Assembly (NCBI RefSeq): GCF_002075285.3
Contig: NZ_CP021983.2
Location: forward strand, 630,001-662,000
Source: Halomicronema hongdechloris C2206
GTDB lineage: Bacteria; Cyanobacteriota; Cyanobacteriia; Phormidesmidales; Phormidesmidaceae
Reading direction: 5' to 3'
DNA length: 32,000 nucleotides
Positions 22,863 through 32,000 of the stretch are shown here, one piece after another. The notes under the pieces are model-generated. The model searched no databases and was not told the origin of the DNA. It saw only the letters and a list, made by a program, of their open reading frames with translations. How positions within the stretch are numbered: position 1 is the first letter of the stretch; each line of letters begins with the position of its first letter. A program made the position numbers and the translations under genes.

Positions 22863-25331
22863 TCATTCAGCAGGGGTTGATTCCGGGTCGGGCCCTGCAT
22901 TTGGGCAGGGGATCTCGTCGGGGGGCTCCTGGTCCTGATTGTCTATGGTGATGCAGACATCCTCTGGCGGCTGCCTGTCCCCGTCGCCACGAGTAGCGGT
23001 CTCTGAAGCGGTCTCTGAAGCGGTCTCTGGGCCTTGCTCCGACAGGTTGTCGGTGGCGGTGATATCCAGAGTTGGGTCAAAGAGAAAGGCTTGATTTTGA
23101 AACGAGGTGACGATAGTGCGGTCTGGGCGCACCCGCAAAATGCCCCCGGCCGTGCCGCTGCTCTGGCTGGGCAGAACAATCCCCGGCCCGGTATTGGGAC
23201 CGACGATGAACTCCTCAGTGGATAGGGGATTCAACAGCTCAACTGCGATCGCAATGCCCGCCTGGGTGTTATTCGGATCGATGGGCACCCCCCGCTGAAT
23301 CGTCACGTCCCCTGCGGGAGAGACGGCCGCCAGACTGGTGGTGTTGGCTGTGAAATTGGTGCCGGCAAATCCAGCCACCATGGTGAAGGTATCCTGGGCT
23401 TGAAATCGCCTGGCAGCATTGATCCCGATGCCACCGCTGCCGGCCAGCACCGTGTCGACAACGATGTCGCCAACTGTTGACTCTAAGTACACGCGACTCA
23501 GGTTGCCATCCCCCAACCCATCGATGTCTGGAGGAGTTTGTCGCAGGGCATTCAAATCGCCAGCTTGAATAGTCGTACCAATGATGGAAATGCTACCGTC
23601 GAGATCCCCATCCGATGGTCCATAGGTGCGAATATCGCCGAGGGTGACAGCCCCTGCCGCCTCAATCGTAACCGCTCGCCCTGGGGCGCGAATGAACTGG
23701 TTGGTATCCATGGTGAAATGTCTACCTGCTTGCAAGCGAATATCACCCCCAGGACTGGCCGGATTGCCTGTGGTGGCGAAGGTGAGGGAGAGGCCATCGA
23801 CTAGGGTGATGTCGCGGGTGGCGGCCAACAGCACCTCCGCCGTGATGGCTGCTAAGGCATCGGCATTAATCGTGATGTCATTGGGGCTAAAGCTATCGCT
23901 GGCCAAGATCTGCGGTAGGGCAGTGTTGACCGCCGGGTCGGGATTACTGGCGGTAGCAGCGATAGTAATGTCTCTTGGGTCCAGTAAGAGGGTGCCTAAG
24001 GCGCCTGGGGCAGCCTGTAAATCCACAGTTCCAGCAAAGGTGAGGGCGATTTTGCCAGACACCTCCACGAAGCCCCCTCGGCCGGAGATGGGGTTGCCGG
24101 TGGCTGAGATCTCTCCCAGGAAGGTAGTCTGGTCATCGGCCCAGACAATCACCTGCCCACCATCGCCGCCGGTGGCATTGGCCTGCAGGGTGGTGGCGGC
24201 GTCAATGTAGGTGGCTTGGGCCGAGGGCAAAGTCGATTGTCCTTGTCGAGCGCCGCCGATGTGAATGATGCCGCCACGACCATCACCATTGGCTGTCAGC
24301 TCAGCCCCCAGCAAGCCGACGCGTGTGCCCAAGGCCGTTAACCGTCCTCCCTCGGATCCAGAAACATCTAGGCTGCCGCTGATCAGAGTTGTCCCGGGGG
24401 ACACCGGCACCGGATCAGCGCCCGATAACCTAACGGCATCGTCAGGCAGCACCGTGATCTCGCTGACGGGCGATGGCGTTCCGCCTGTCAGGAGTTGGGG
24501 CAACGATAACGGGGTAAATGGCTGTGGTACTGCAGCCATGCCTGCCGGTAGGGTGTCGATTTCCAAGGACAGCACCATAGCGCTATGGTGAATCTGAACC
24601 CGATGCTGACCCGGTACGGCCATGACAGTGATATCCCCCTCGGCGGCGGTGAGGGACCCTGTTTGAATCACGGTGCCACCCACTAGGGCAATGCTCTGCC
24701 TAGGGGCCACCGTTAAGTCTGCCTGGTTGATAATTGCCCCTGGATTATCCAAGGCAAAGGCGAAGCCGGTGGGCTCACCCCCTAGGGCACCATAATCATT
24801 ACTGCCAAACGCCTGCAACCATCCACTACTAAAGCCAATGCCAGTGGCGGTCGTGGCCGTGAAGGCTCCAGTCAAGTCCAACTGGGCATTAGGGCCGAAG
24901 AGGATGCCGGCTGGGTTCATCAGCCACAGGTTGGCATTACTGCCCCTGACCCGGAGCAGGCCGTCTATGTACGAGGCTTGGCCCCCCATGACCCGGCCCA
25001 GGATGGTGTCGATACCTGGCTGACTAAGGAAGGTGGCGATCTGATCGGCACTGAGGCCGAATTGCTCGAAGCTATGGAACAGATTGCGGCCATCGGCGGA
25101 GGTATAACCGCCCTCGATGGTGATTTGGTTACCTGTTTGACTGACGTCGGTTTTCCCACCCGTCTCCGGCTGAATGGATTGAGCCGCCGCTGGTAAAATC
25201 ATCGCAGCCAGCCATAGGTGGCTGAAGCCGATAGCCGTTATCAAAGCTGGAGAAGACGAGGACATGGTGTACTCGAGGTGCCGTTGAGGCCAGGCAGCGC
25301 GGTTGCGGAGGTTGCTGGTAGGGGCCAACAT
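22863..25331 (-). CDS. Filamentous-haemagglutinin N-terminal (TPS) domain protein, TpsA-like beta-helix exoprotein
   Basis: The TPS domain reads GNQITIEGGYTSADGRNLFHSFEQFGL...ILGRVMGGQASYIDGLLRV.GSNANLWLMNPAGILFGPNAQLDLTGAFTATTA. A long G/T/A/I-rich repetitive region follows, then an acidic Pro-rich tail. An alternative start is the ATG at 25265 (MSSSSPALITAIGF...AAAQ/S). The longer form adds Arg residues, as in the extended signal peptides of TpsA proteins. Confidence 0.9.
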   Translation of the reverse strand: MLAPTSNLRNRAAWPQRHLEYTMSSSSPALITAIGFSHLWLAAMILPAAAQSIQPETGGKTDVSQTGNQITIEGGYTSADGRNLFHSFEQFGLSADQIATFLSQPGIDTILGRVMGGQASYIDGLLRVRGSNANLWLMNPAGILFGPNAQLDLTGAFTATTATGIGFSSGWLQAFGSNDYGALGGEPTGFAFALDNPGAIINQADLTVAPRQSIALVGGTVIQTGSLTAAEGDITVMAVPGQHRVQIHHSAMVLSLEIDTLPAGMAAVPQPFTPLSLPQLLTGGTPSPVSEITVLPDDAVRLSGADPVPVSPGTTLISGSLDVSGSEGGRLTALGTRVGLLGAELTANGDGRGGIIHIGGARQGQSTLPSAQATYIDAATTLQANATGGDGGQVIVWADDQTTFLGEISATGNPISGRGGFVEVSGKIALTFAGTVDLQAAPGALGTLLLDPRDITIAATASNPDPAVNTALPQILASDSFSPNDITINADALAAITAEVLLAATRDITLVDGLSLTFATTGNPASPGGDIRLQAGRHFTMDTNQFIRAPGRAVTIEAAGAVTLGDIRTYGPSDGDLDGSISIIGTTIQAGDLNALRQTPPDIDGLGDGNLSRVYLESTVGDIVVDTVLAGSGGIGINAARRFQAQDTFTMVAGFAGTNFTANTTSLAAVSPAGDVTIQRGVPIDPNNTQAGIAIAVELLNPLSTEEFIVGPNTGPGIVLPSQSSGTAGGILRVRPDRTIVTSFQNQAFLFDPTLDITATDNLSEQGPETASETASETATRGDGDRQPPEDVCITIDNQDQEPPDEIPCPNAGPDPESTPAE
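22996..23030. repeat. In-frame 12-bp tandem repeat (about 2.9 copies) encoding (SETA)n in the TpsA-like C-terminal tail
   Basis: GCGGTCTCTGAA occurs at 22996-23007 and 23008-23019, with a partial third copy at 23020-23030. The protein reads ETASETASETA. Confidence 0.9.
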
Positions 25332-25569
25332 GGCCTCAGCATAGTTGAAGATGTCGTTGCGATCGCAGCTTTGATGCAGGTCTTAATCTATCCCCTTGGC
25401 TCAGATAGCCGAGACAGCCCGAACCAAAATTGGGTTCAAGCAGCGATGGCCGACTCTCCCTCACACTAGATGGCAGTTGCAGCCCGGGGGCCATAGGCTA
25501 CGGTGGCATGGGCTTTGATGCTGATGCCTAGGGATATCGTCAGTTCGGGAACCCGTACTCTGCCATTAA

Positions 25570-25599
25570 TTGCGATCGCATCAATGGTGGGCGTAAATT
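25570..25599 (+). promoter_or_regulatory. Candidate groESL promoter
   Basis: TTGCGA (25570-25575), an 18-nt spacer, then TAAATT (25594-25599). The -10 overlaps the first bases of CIRCE, as expected for HrcA repression. The hexamer matches are weak. Confidence 0.3.
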
Positions 25600-25624
25600 A
25601 GCACTCGGGACTGGAGAGTGCTAA
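25598..25624 (+). promoter_or_regulatory. CIRCE operator (HrcA binding site)
   Basis: TTAGCACTC-GGGACTGGA-GAGTGCTAA matches the consensus TTAGCACTC-N9-GAGTGCTAA perfectly. It lies 93 nt upstream of the groES ATG. Confidence 0.92.
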
Positions 25625-25716
25625 GTCCCGCGAAGCGATTGACTCAGCGTCAATTCACGATTGGGGATAGGCACCCACAACCTAGTTAAACGAACGCATC
25701 TGGAGAATTTTTGGGT

Positions 25717-26028
25717 ATGGCTGCAATTGCTCTAAGCGTAGCTAACATGAAGCCCCTGGGCGACCGCGTGTTGGTTAAGGTCAGCGAATCGGAGGAGAAG
25801 ACGGCTGGCGGTATTTTGCTGCCAGATACAGCCAAGGAGAAGCCTCAAGTTGGTGAGGTCACGGCTGTAGGCCCTGGCAAGCGCAGTGACGATGGCAGCC
25901 GCCAAGCGATGGAAGTCAAAGTCGGTGACAAGGTGCTCTACTCCAAGTATGCCGGCACTGACGTCAAGATCGGCAATGATGACTTCGTCTTGCTGTCTGA
26001 GAAAGACATTCTAGCTACCTTGTCCTAA
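25717..26028 (+). CDS. groES: Co-chaperonin GroES
   Basis: The sequence [48 protein letters not shown]...SEKDILA is typical GroES at 103 aa. GGAGA lies 10 nt upstream of the ATG at 25717. The track start at TTG 25711 is probably too long. Confidence 0.95.
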   Translation: MAAIALSVANMKPLGDRVLVKVSESEEKTAGGILLPDTAKEKPQVGEVTAVGPGKRSDDGSRQAMEVKVGDKVLYSKYAGTDVKIGNDDFVLLSEKDILATLS

Positions 26029-26071
26029 GACCTTCTCGATTTGTTTACTTCTCAACATTCGTCACTTCTGA

Positions 26072-27706
<1,635 letters not shown>

Positions 27707-27757
27707 GGTCATCTGTCTCAGCCAGAGGGACCCTACGAGGAGCCCTAAATAGCATAG

Positions 27758-27793
27758 ACGCGATCGCATCGAGTCAGATGCGATCGCGTTTTA
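27758..27793 (+). terminator. Intrinsic terminator of groESL built from two HIP1 copies; possibly bidirectional
   Basis: The stem is a perfect 13 bp, ACGCGATCGCATC (27758-27770) and GATGCGATCGCGT (27777-27789), with loop GAGTCA, followed by TTTTAATAAT. It lies 52 nt after the groEL stop and 68 nt beyond the stop of the convergent gene at 27857. Confidence 0.8.
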
Positions 27794-27856
27794 ATAATCT
27801 GGAATTATCTGGTCGGCTGGAAGGGATATGGCAACGGTGACTCTGCCAGAGATTGC

Positions 27857-28396
27857 TTAGCGGTCGTCAGCGTCATCTAACTCATCCTCCTCACTAGCGG
27901 GGTCAGCATCGCTGCCAGTATCTGGCTCCACATCCGGCTCTGGCGATTTAGAAGGGATAGTGGTGGTCGTCGAGGCAGTGGTGGAAAACTTGGGGTCAGC
28001 CTGAGTGTCTGTGGCAGGTGGCGCCTTGGCTACGGGCTCAGGCAAGGGCTCGGGCTCCTTGACGCCCAACCGTTGCCGAGCCTTGGTTAACAAAAAGGTA
28101 GTGCTAGATTGGCCCGCGGATATAACTGCCTGCCCCATCCCCTGTAGAGACTTGTCTTCGGAGCTTGAGCGAGTGAAACCTTCGTACCAGTTGCGAGTCT
28201 GACGTCCCAGGCGCACGGCCGTGCGCCAGAACCAATCAGCCCCAACAAATACCAAACAGATCACCAGCCATAGCAAGACAGCTGTCTCGCGCAGAATATC
28301 CCAAGTCAGCCGGAATGCCTTTTGGTAAGTTGCGGCTGTGTCTGCAGCGAACAGGAGCTGGCTAACCTTACTGGCCTGATCTTTGATCGTATCCAT
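27857..28396 (-). CDS. Hypothetical single-pass membrane protein with an acidic, Pro/Thr-rich C-terminal tail
   Basis: The 179-aa ORF has the TM helix AVLLWLVICLVFVGADWFW. The tail reads PEPLPEPVAKAPPATD...DADPASEEDELDDADDR. No domain is recognised. Confidence 0.55.
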   Translation of the reverse strand: MDTIKDQASKVSQLLFAADTAATYQKAFRLTWDILRETAVLLWLVICLVFVGADWFWRTAVRLGRQTRNWYEGFTRSSSEDKSLQGMGQAVISAGQSSTTFLLTKARQRLGVKEPEPLPEPVAKAPPATDTQADPKFSTTASTTTTIPSKSPEPDVEPDTGSDADPASEEDELDDADDR

Positions 28397-28630
28397 AGCG
28401 ATACCTCAATACGTCTTGGGGTCATAGCTTACGGCAACCATAACGACCTTAGCCCTGAATCGCGCAGCCAGACTCAAACGGCTGCAGGATCAGAAATGAC
28501 TCGCATCTGCTTAATCACCTATGAATAGCGGGATGCAGTCTAGCTGACTGAGTGCCGTCAAGGAGAAAGTTCCCCATCAGTATAGGAGGCCGCGGATCCA
28601 GAACCGATCTCCCTGTTACAGGGTGCAACG

Positions 28631-29596
28631 CTACTCATTCCAAATGGTTTTCAGCACTGTCTCAGGAGCGATATCGGCAACGGTTTGGCCAGGGGACGGA
28701 ATGCCAATGAAGCGAGTTTCGTCCCCCTGAGCAGCGGGTAGGCGATGGGTCGGATCATTTTCCCCAAACAGCCCTAAGGCAAAAACATTCAAGGTTACCG
28801 CCAGGTACAGCGGATAGCTATCGGTGCTCAGGACCAGATTAGCGCCAGCCAAAATGGCCGCTAATTGAGCGATAGTGTCCGTTTGAATGACTTGCAATCC
28901 GGACAATGCCTGAGTCAATTGGCTCACGATCTTAACTGTTTCCGGTTGCTGAATCACCACCAGGGGCAAATCGGGTTGTCGATGCTGGAAATCCTTGAGA
29001 ATAGTACGCCAAGAGTCCACTGGATAGGCATCTTGACCGGAAGCAGACACCGCTGCGCCAGGGTAGAGGGCAACATAGCCCTGGTTGCCGATGTCTGAGC
29101 GCTGCCGCTGTTGATCGGCCCAGTCCAGGGAGCGCTGAGGTAAACTAAGACTGGCTGGAGGACAAGGCGCGTCAAGACTTAGAGGTTTTAGCAAGTCGTG
29201 ATACTGTTCAGCCTGGTATTGTTGCGCCTTGAGCGGCACCGTAGCCGTCAAAAATAGATTGTTACTAGAGCTGGCATAGCCGACACGGGTCGGGATACCA
29301 CTGAGCCACAACAGTAACCCCAGAGACCAGCTTTGGGTTAAGGTTAGTGCCACTTCGTATTCACGATCGCGAATAATCCCGAGTAGATTGGCCCAGTCGG
29401 CCGGGCTATTGCGGGTAGCAAAGGTATAGGGGATGGTTTCTCTAACTGTTTTAGATACGCTGTAAGCGGCTTTGGCTGAGGGCTCCGTAACCACATCGAT
29501 CTCAACCTTAGGAAAAGCCTGCTTCAGATGGTCAAGGGTGGGAAAAAATAGAATCTGGTCATCAATTCCACCGGGAACTAGAGCCAATACTCGCAT
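28631..29596 (-). CDS. Glycosyltransferase family 9 (heptosyltransferase-like) protein
   Basis: Starting from the ATG at 29596, the protein begins MRVLALVPGGIDDQILFFPTLDHLKQAFP...ADWANLLGIIRDREYEVALTL...GIPTRVGY, which is the typical GT9 N-terminus. The track ORF extends to 29665. Confidence 0.8.
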   Translation of the reverse strand: MRVLALVPGGIDDQILFFPTLDHLKQAFPKVEIDVVTEPSAKAAYSVSKTVRETIPYTFATRNSPADWANLLGIIRDREYEVALTLTQSWSLGLLLWLSGIPTRVGYASSSNNLFLTATVPLKAQQYQAEQYHDLLKPLSLDAPCPPASLSLPQRSLDWADQQRQRSDIGNQGYVALYPGAAVSASGQDAYPVDSWRTILKDFQHRQPDLPLVVIQQPETVKIVSQLTQALSGLQVIQTDTIAQLAAILAGANLVLSTDSYPLYLAVTLNVFALGLFGENDPTHRLPAAQGDETRFIGIPSPGQTVADIAPETVLKTIWNE

Positions 29597-29805
29597 AGTA
29601 AGTGCCTGCGCCTGTCCGCACCATATTTTAGTGGAAGGCGGTGAGCTTGGAGAGAATAGCCTCAAACAAAACTGATTAAATTTCGCTATGGGATTCGCGA
29701 TAGGGTGGACTTTGAACCTCGTTCATATCTAGCTCAAGCACTGATCTGGAGCTGGACTGGGTATATCGGCGATGTCGCCGCCATTTGACCACAAGGAGTC
29801 TCACT

Positions 29806-30489
29806 GTGCACTTACTGATTCCAGCCGCCGGCATGGGGCGGCGCATGGGGGCAGATCGCAACAAAGTTTTGCTAACAGTACGGGGGCGCCCCTTGATTGC
29901 CTGGACTTTACTGGCGGCTGAGGCCGCTCAACGGATCACTTGGATAGGGCTGATTGGTCAGCCGGTTGATCAGGCACTGTTGTTGGAAATCTTTGATAGC
30001 TTGGGACTGACGACGCCGGTACACTTCATCGCAGGAGGCGATACGCGCCAAGCATCGGTTTATAACGGGCTGCAAGCCTTACCAGAAGAGGCAACCCGAG
30101 TCTTGATCCACGATGGGGCTCGCTGCCTGATCAGCCCGGATTTATTCGATCGCTGTGCGGCTGCTTTAGAGAACTGCTCTGGCCTAATTGCTGCCGTTCC
30201 GGTCAAGGATACGATTAAGCAAGTGGATCGTGATCTCAAGATTGAAAATACGCCTGACCGCCGCTGCCTCTGGGCAGCCCAAACTCCGCAGGGGTTTGAT
30301 GTGGCGCTGTTGAAAAGCTGCCATAGCAAAGGCCAACAGCTACAGTGGATGGTGACTGATGACGCCGCCCTCTTCGAAAACTGTGGTTTACCTGTCCAAG
30401 TTATTCCTGGCGAGGAAACCAATGTTAAGGTAACCACCCCCAGCGATCTTGCGATCGCAGAGTGGATTTTGAGCCAGCGGTCCCATTAA
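29806..30489 (+). CDS. ispD: 2-C-methyl-D-erythritol 4-phosphate cytidylyltransferase
   Basis: Motifs are VHLLIPAAGMGRRMG..RNKVLL..GRPLIAW, GGDTRQASVYNGL, VLIHDGARCL and QTPQGF. The GTG at 29806 is in frame and has AAGGAG 7 nt upstream. The track start is the TTG at 29785. Confidence 0.9.
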   Translation: MHLLIPAAGMGRRMGADRNKVLLTVRGRPLIAWTLLAAEAAQRITWIGLIGQPVDQALLLEIFDSLGLTTPVHFIAGGDTRQASVYNGLQALPEEATRVLIHDGARCLISPDLFDRCAAALENCSGLIAAVPVKDTIKQVDRDLKIENTPDRRCLWAAQTPQGFDVALLKSCHSKGQQLQWMVTDDAALFENCGLPVQVIPGEETNVKVTTPSDLAIAEWILSQRSH

Positions 30490-30760
30490 TATTGCCGCGC
30501 GGCTACTATCACCGCGCAGACAACACTCTCCTACACAGCACTGCTGTCGACCCCAGTGCAGGCGGCCATAATCTAGCTGCCTTAGCCCCACAGCCCCAGC
30601 CTAATCAGCTTGGCCCATTGCTGCATAGGCAACCGAACCATCAGCTGCCAAATCTGGGGAGGCTGACTAGCGCGCCTGCCGTCACCCAAAGTGCTGAGGC
30701 AGTTGCTATGAGACCTGTGCCTGAAAACTCCGTTACATTGACATCCCTAGCCAGAGGGGC

Positions 30761-30871
30761 TCAGAGATCGCCTCCCTGAGCTGCCAATAGAAACACGATA
30801 ACTGGGCCAGCGATCACGATCATCGTTAACATGGTTAGCTGTGCAATCAGCTCAAAGGTAGTTCCACTCAT
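30761..30871 (-). CDS. psb30: Photosystem II protein Psb30 (Ycf12)
   Basis: MSGTTFELIAQLTMLTMIVIAGPVIVFLLAAQGGDL (36 aa) matches the Ycf12 core pattern E(V/L)IAQLT...IAGP.I.FLLA. GGGAGGA lies upstream of the ATG at 30871. The 67-aa track ORF is over-extended. Confidence 0.85.
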   Translation of the reverse strand: MSGTTFELIAQLTMLTMIVIAGPVIVFLLAAQGGDL

Positions 30872-31032
30872 AAATTCTATGGATCCTCCCAAACGACGAA
30901 ACTGAGGGATTAACTTGACATCCTGCGCTATTCTACCGGGAAGCAACCCCCTTAGTTTAAGCAAGTTTACAAAATTCTAAGGACAGCGTCCCAAGCAACT
31001 CTACCTCTAGCCTCTATGTCCCTAGATTAGCC

Positions 31033-31419
31033 ATGGCTACCTGGCAATGTATTGAAGGCTGCGGCGCCTGCTGTCATCTCGACCCTCAAGACCGCCCCGA
31101 CCTGGACTGCTATCTCAGCCCCGCTGATTTGGCCCTGTATCTCAGTTTGGTCGGGGCAGATGGGTGGTGCATTCACTTTGACCACGCCACTCGCCGCTGT
31201 CGTATCTATGCTGAGCGACCTGGATTCTGTCGCGTTGAAGCAGAGACCTTCGAGGCGATGTATGGCATTGACTCCTCGGAGTTGAACGCCTTTGCCATTG
31301 ACTGTTGTCGCCAGCAAATTACCGCTGTTCATGGCGCCCATAGCGCTGAGATGGAACGGTTTAATACTGCGGTAGACGACAACGCCGCTAATGCTCAAGG
31401 CTACCACTCTGAAAAGTAG
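31033..31419 (+). CDS. YkgJ-family (CxxCxxCC, UPF0153) cysteine-cluster protein
   Basis: Motifs are WQCIEGCGACCHL, GWCIHFDHATRRCRIYAERPGFCRV and AIDCC. Confidence 0.85.
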   Translation: MATWQCIEGCGACCHLDPQDRPDLDCYLSPADLALYLSLVGADGWCIHFDHATRRCRIYAERPGFCRVEAETFEAMYGIDSSELNAFAIDCCRQQITAVHGAHSAEMERFNTAVDDNAANAQGYHSEK

Positions 31420-31568
31420 TAGCCAGAAACACAGTGAATCGCCTAATCAACCAATGAAGCCTTCTCTGAGCTGCTAAGGATCGGCCTATGACTGGTCCTG
31501 GATGTTGCGATCGCATCAGCAGGAAGACAAAAGCAGTCATGCCCCAGAGATACCATCATTTAGTGAGC

Positions 31569-31820
31569 TTAGGTATTCTCGGCAGGAACTAAGTCGCCAT
31601 AACACAGGCGCAACAGCGCAAAGCCTGTCAACAGTTTCAAGCTCTCCAGCCCCCAATAGAGACCATGAAGTTGATTCATGGCTGGCTCCACCGCCAAAGG
31701 CGTGGCATCAAGGGGCAGGCCTAAAGCACTCATGGCAGGGGTCAATCCGTAGGCATAGATCACCGGAATCATCAGTAAGAGCCCAGCCAATTCAACTAGA
31801 GGAGACTTGAGCTGCCCCAT
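31569..31820 (-). CDS. Hypothetical small membrane protein
   Basis: The 83-aa ORF has two hydrophobic segments (LVELAGLLLMIPVIYAYGL and LKLLTGFALLRLCY). I prefer it over the antisense 102-aa ORF, which is Ser/Pro/Arg-rich and low in complexity. Confidence 0.35.
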   Translation of the reverse strand: MGQLKSPLVELAGLLLMIPVIYAYGLTPAMSALGLPLDATPLAVEPAMNQLHGLYWGLESLKLLTGFALLRLCYGDLVPAENT

Positions 31821-31885
31821 GGGTCTTCTGGGGTGCTATTTTGGCATGGGTGAAGCATCATGGAGATAGTGTTGGAGACGGTGCT

Positions 31886-32000
31886 ATGGCCAACTATCAC
31901 CTCCTAGGACTCGGGTTGGCGGGCCTGATTGCAGCCAGTGGGATGACGTGTCTCACGTCCTCTAGGGAACTGGCGGCAGCTCAGTTAGCTGATGGAACCA
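31886..32000 (+). CDS. 5' fragment of an ORF with a signal-peptide-like start, running off the window end
   Basis: The ATG at 31886 gives MANYHLLGLGLAGLIAASGMTCLTSSRELAAAQLADGT... The frame is open to the window end, and the fragment is too short to identify. Confidence 0.2.
   Translation, partial: MANYHLLGLGLAGLIAASGMTCLTSSRELAAAQLADGT

Noticed and set aside
23034-25196. Many antisense or alternate-frame ORFs inside the TpsA-like gene, including a 194-aa ORF at 23626-24210 on the plus strand
   Set aside because: Their translations are low-complexity and Ala/Pro/Arg/Ser-rich, typical of the antisense of a GC-rich repetitive gene. The minus-strand frame carries a clear TPS domain and a continuous 822-aa ORF.
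18302-25331. Genomic island or prophage interpretation of the accessory block
   Set aside because: I found no integrase, transposase, phage genes, tRNA attachment site or flanking direct repeats.
30462-30779. 105-aa plus-strand ORF spanning the ispD-psb30 spacer
   Set aside because: It overlaps the 3' ends of both real genes. The translation is Pro/Ala/Leu-rich low complexity with no ribosome-binding site.
31502-31810. 102-aa plus-strand ORF antisense to the small membrane-protein ORF
   Set aside because: The Ser/Pro/Arg/His-rich translation looks non-protein-like, while the opposite strand gives two clean hydrophobic helices. Both calls remain weak.

Overview
This looks like a cyanobacterial chromosomal segment. 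That placement is an inference from several markers: 16 copies of the HIP1 octamer GCGATCGC found by eye, psb30/ycf12, a Psb32/TPM-type lumenal protein, a type-A RNase P RNA, and groES-groEL behind a perfect CIRCE operator. Most of the window is ordinary housekeeping or conserved genes. These are two orphan sensor histidine kinases, a lone sugar-ABC permease, a RibD_C/FemAB-like/DUF4346 gene string, a Gfo/Idh/MocA oxidoreductase, RNase III directly downstream of rnpB, an alanine/glycine:cation symporter, a second EF-G (EF-G2 type), groESL, a GT9 glycosyltransferase, ispD, psb30 and a YkgJ Cys-cluster protein. I saw no tRNA, rRNA, CRISPR array, transposase or integrase. The only accessory-looking block is about 18.3-25.4 kb, between the EF-G paralog and groESL. 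It holds a PEP-CTERM surface protein, an AT-richer gene-poor spacer, and a tightly coupled two-gene operon. That operon pairs a TpsA-like (filamentous-haemagglutinin N-terminal domain) beta-helix exoprotein with a TPR-CHAT caspase-fold protease that keeps an intact His/Cys dyad, and no TpsB transporter is present in the locus. This is my best candidate for an uncharacterised system. Secondary leads are a near-consensus promoter plus terminator-like leader with upstream direct repeats in front of the orphan permease, a J-like domain fused to an HExxH polytopic membrane domain, and the rnpB-rnc-oxidoreductase arrangement. All domain calls come from reading the translations, and no database search was run.
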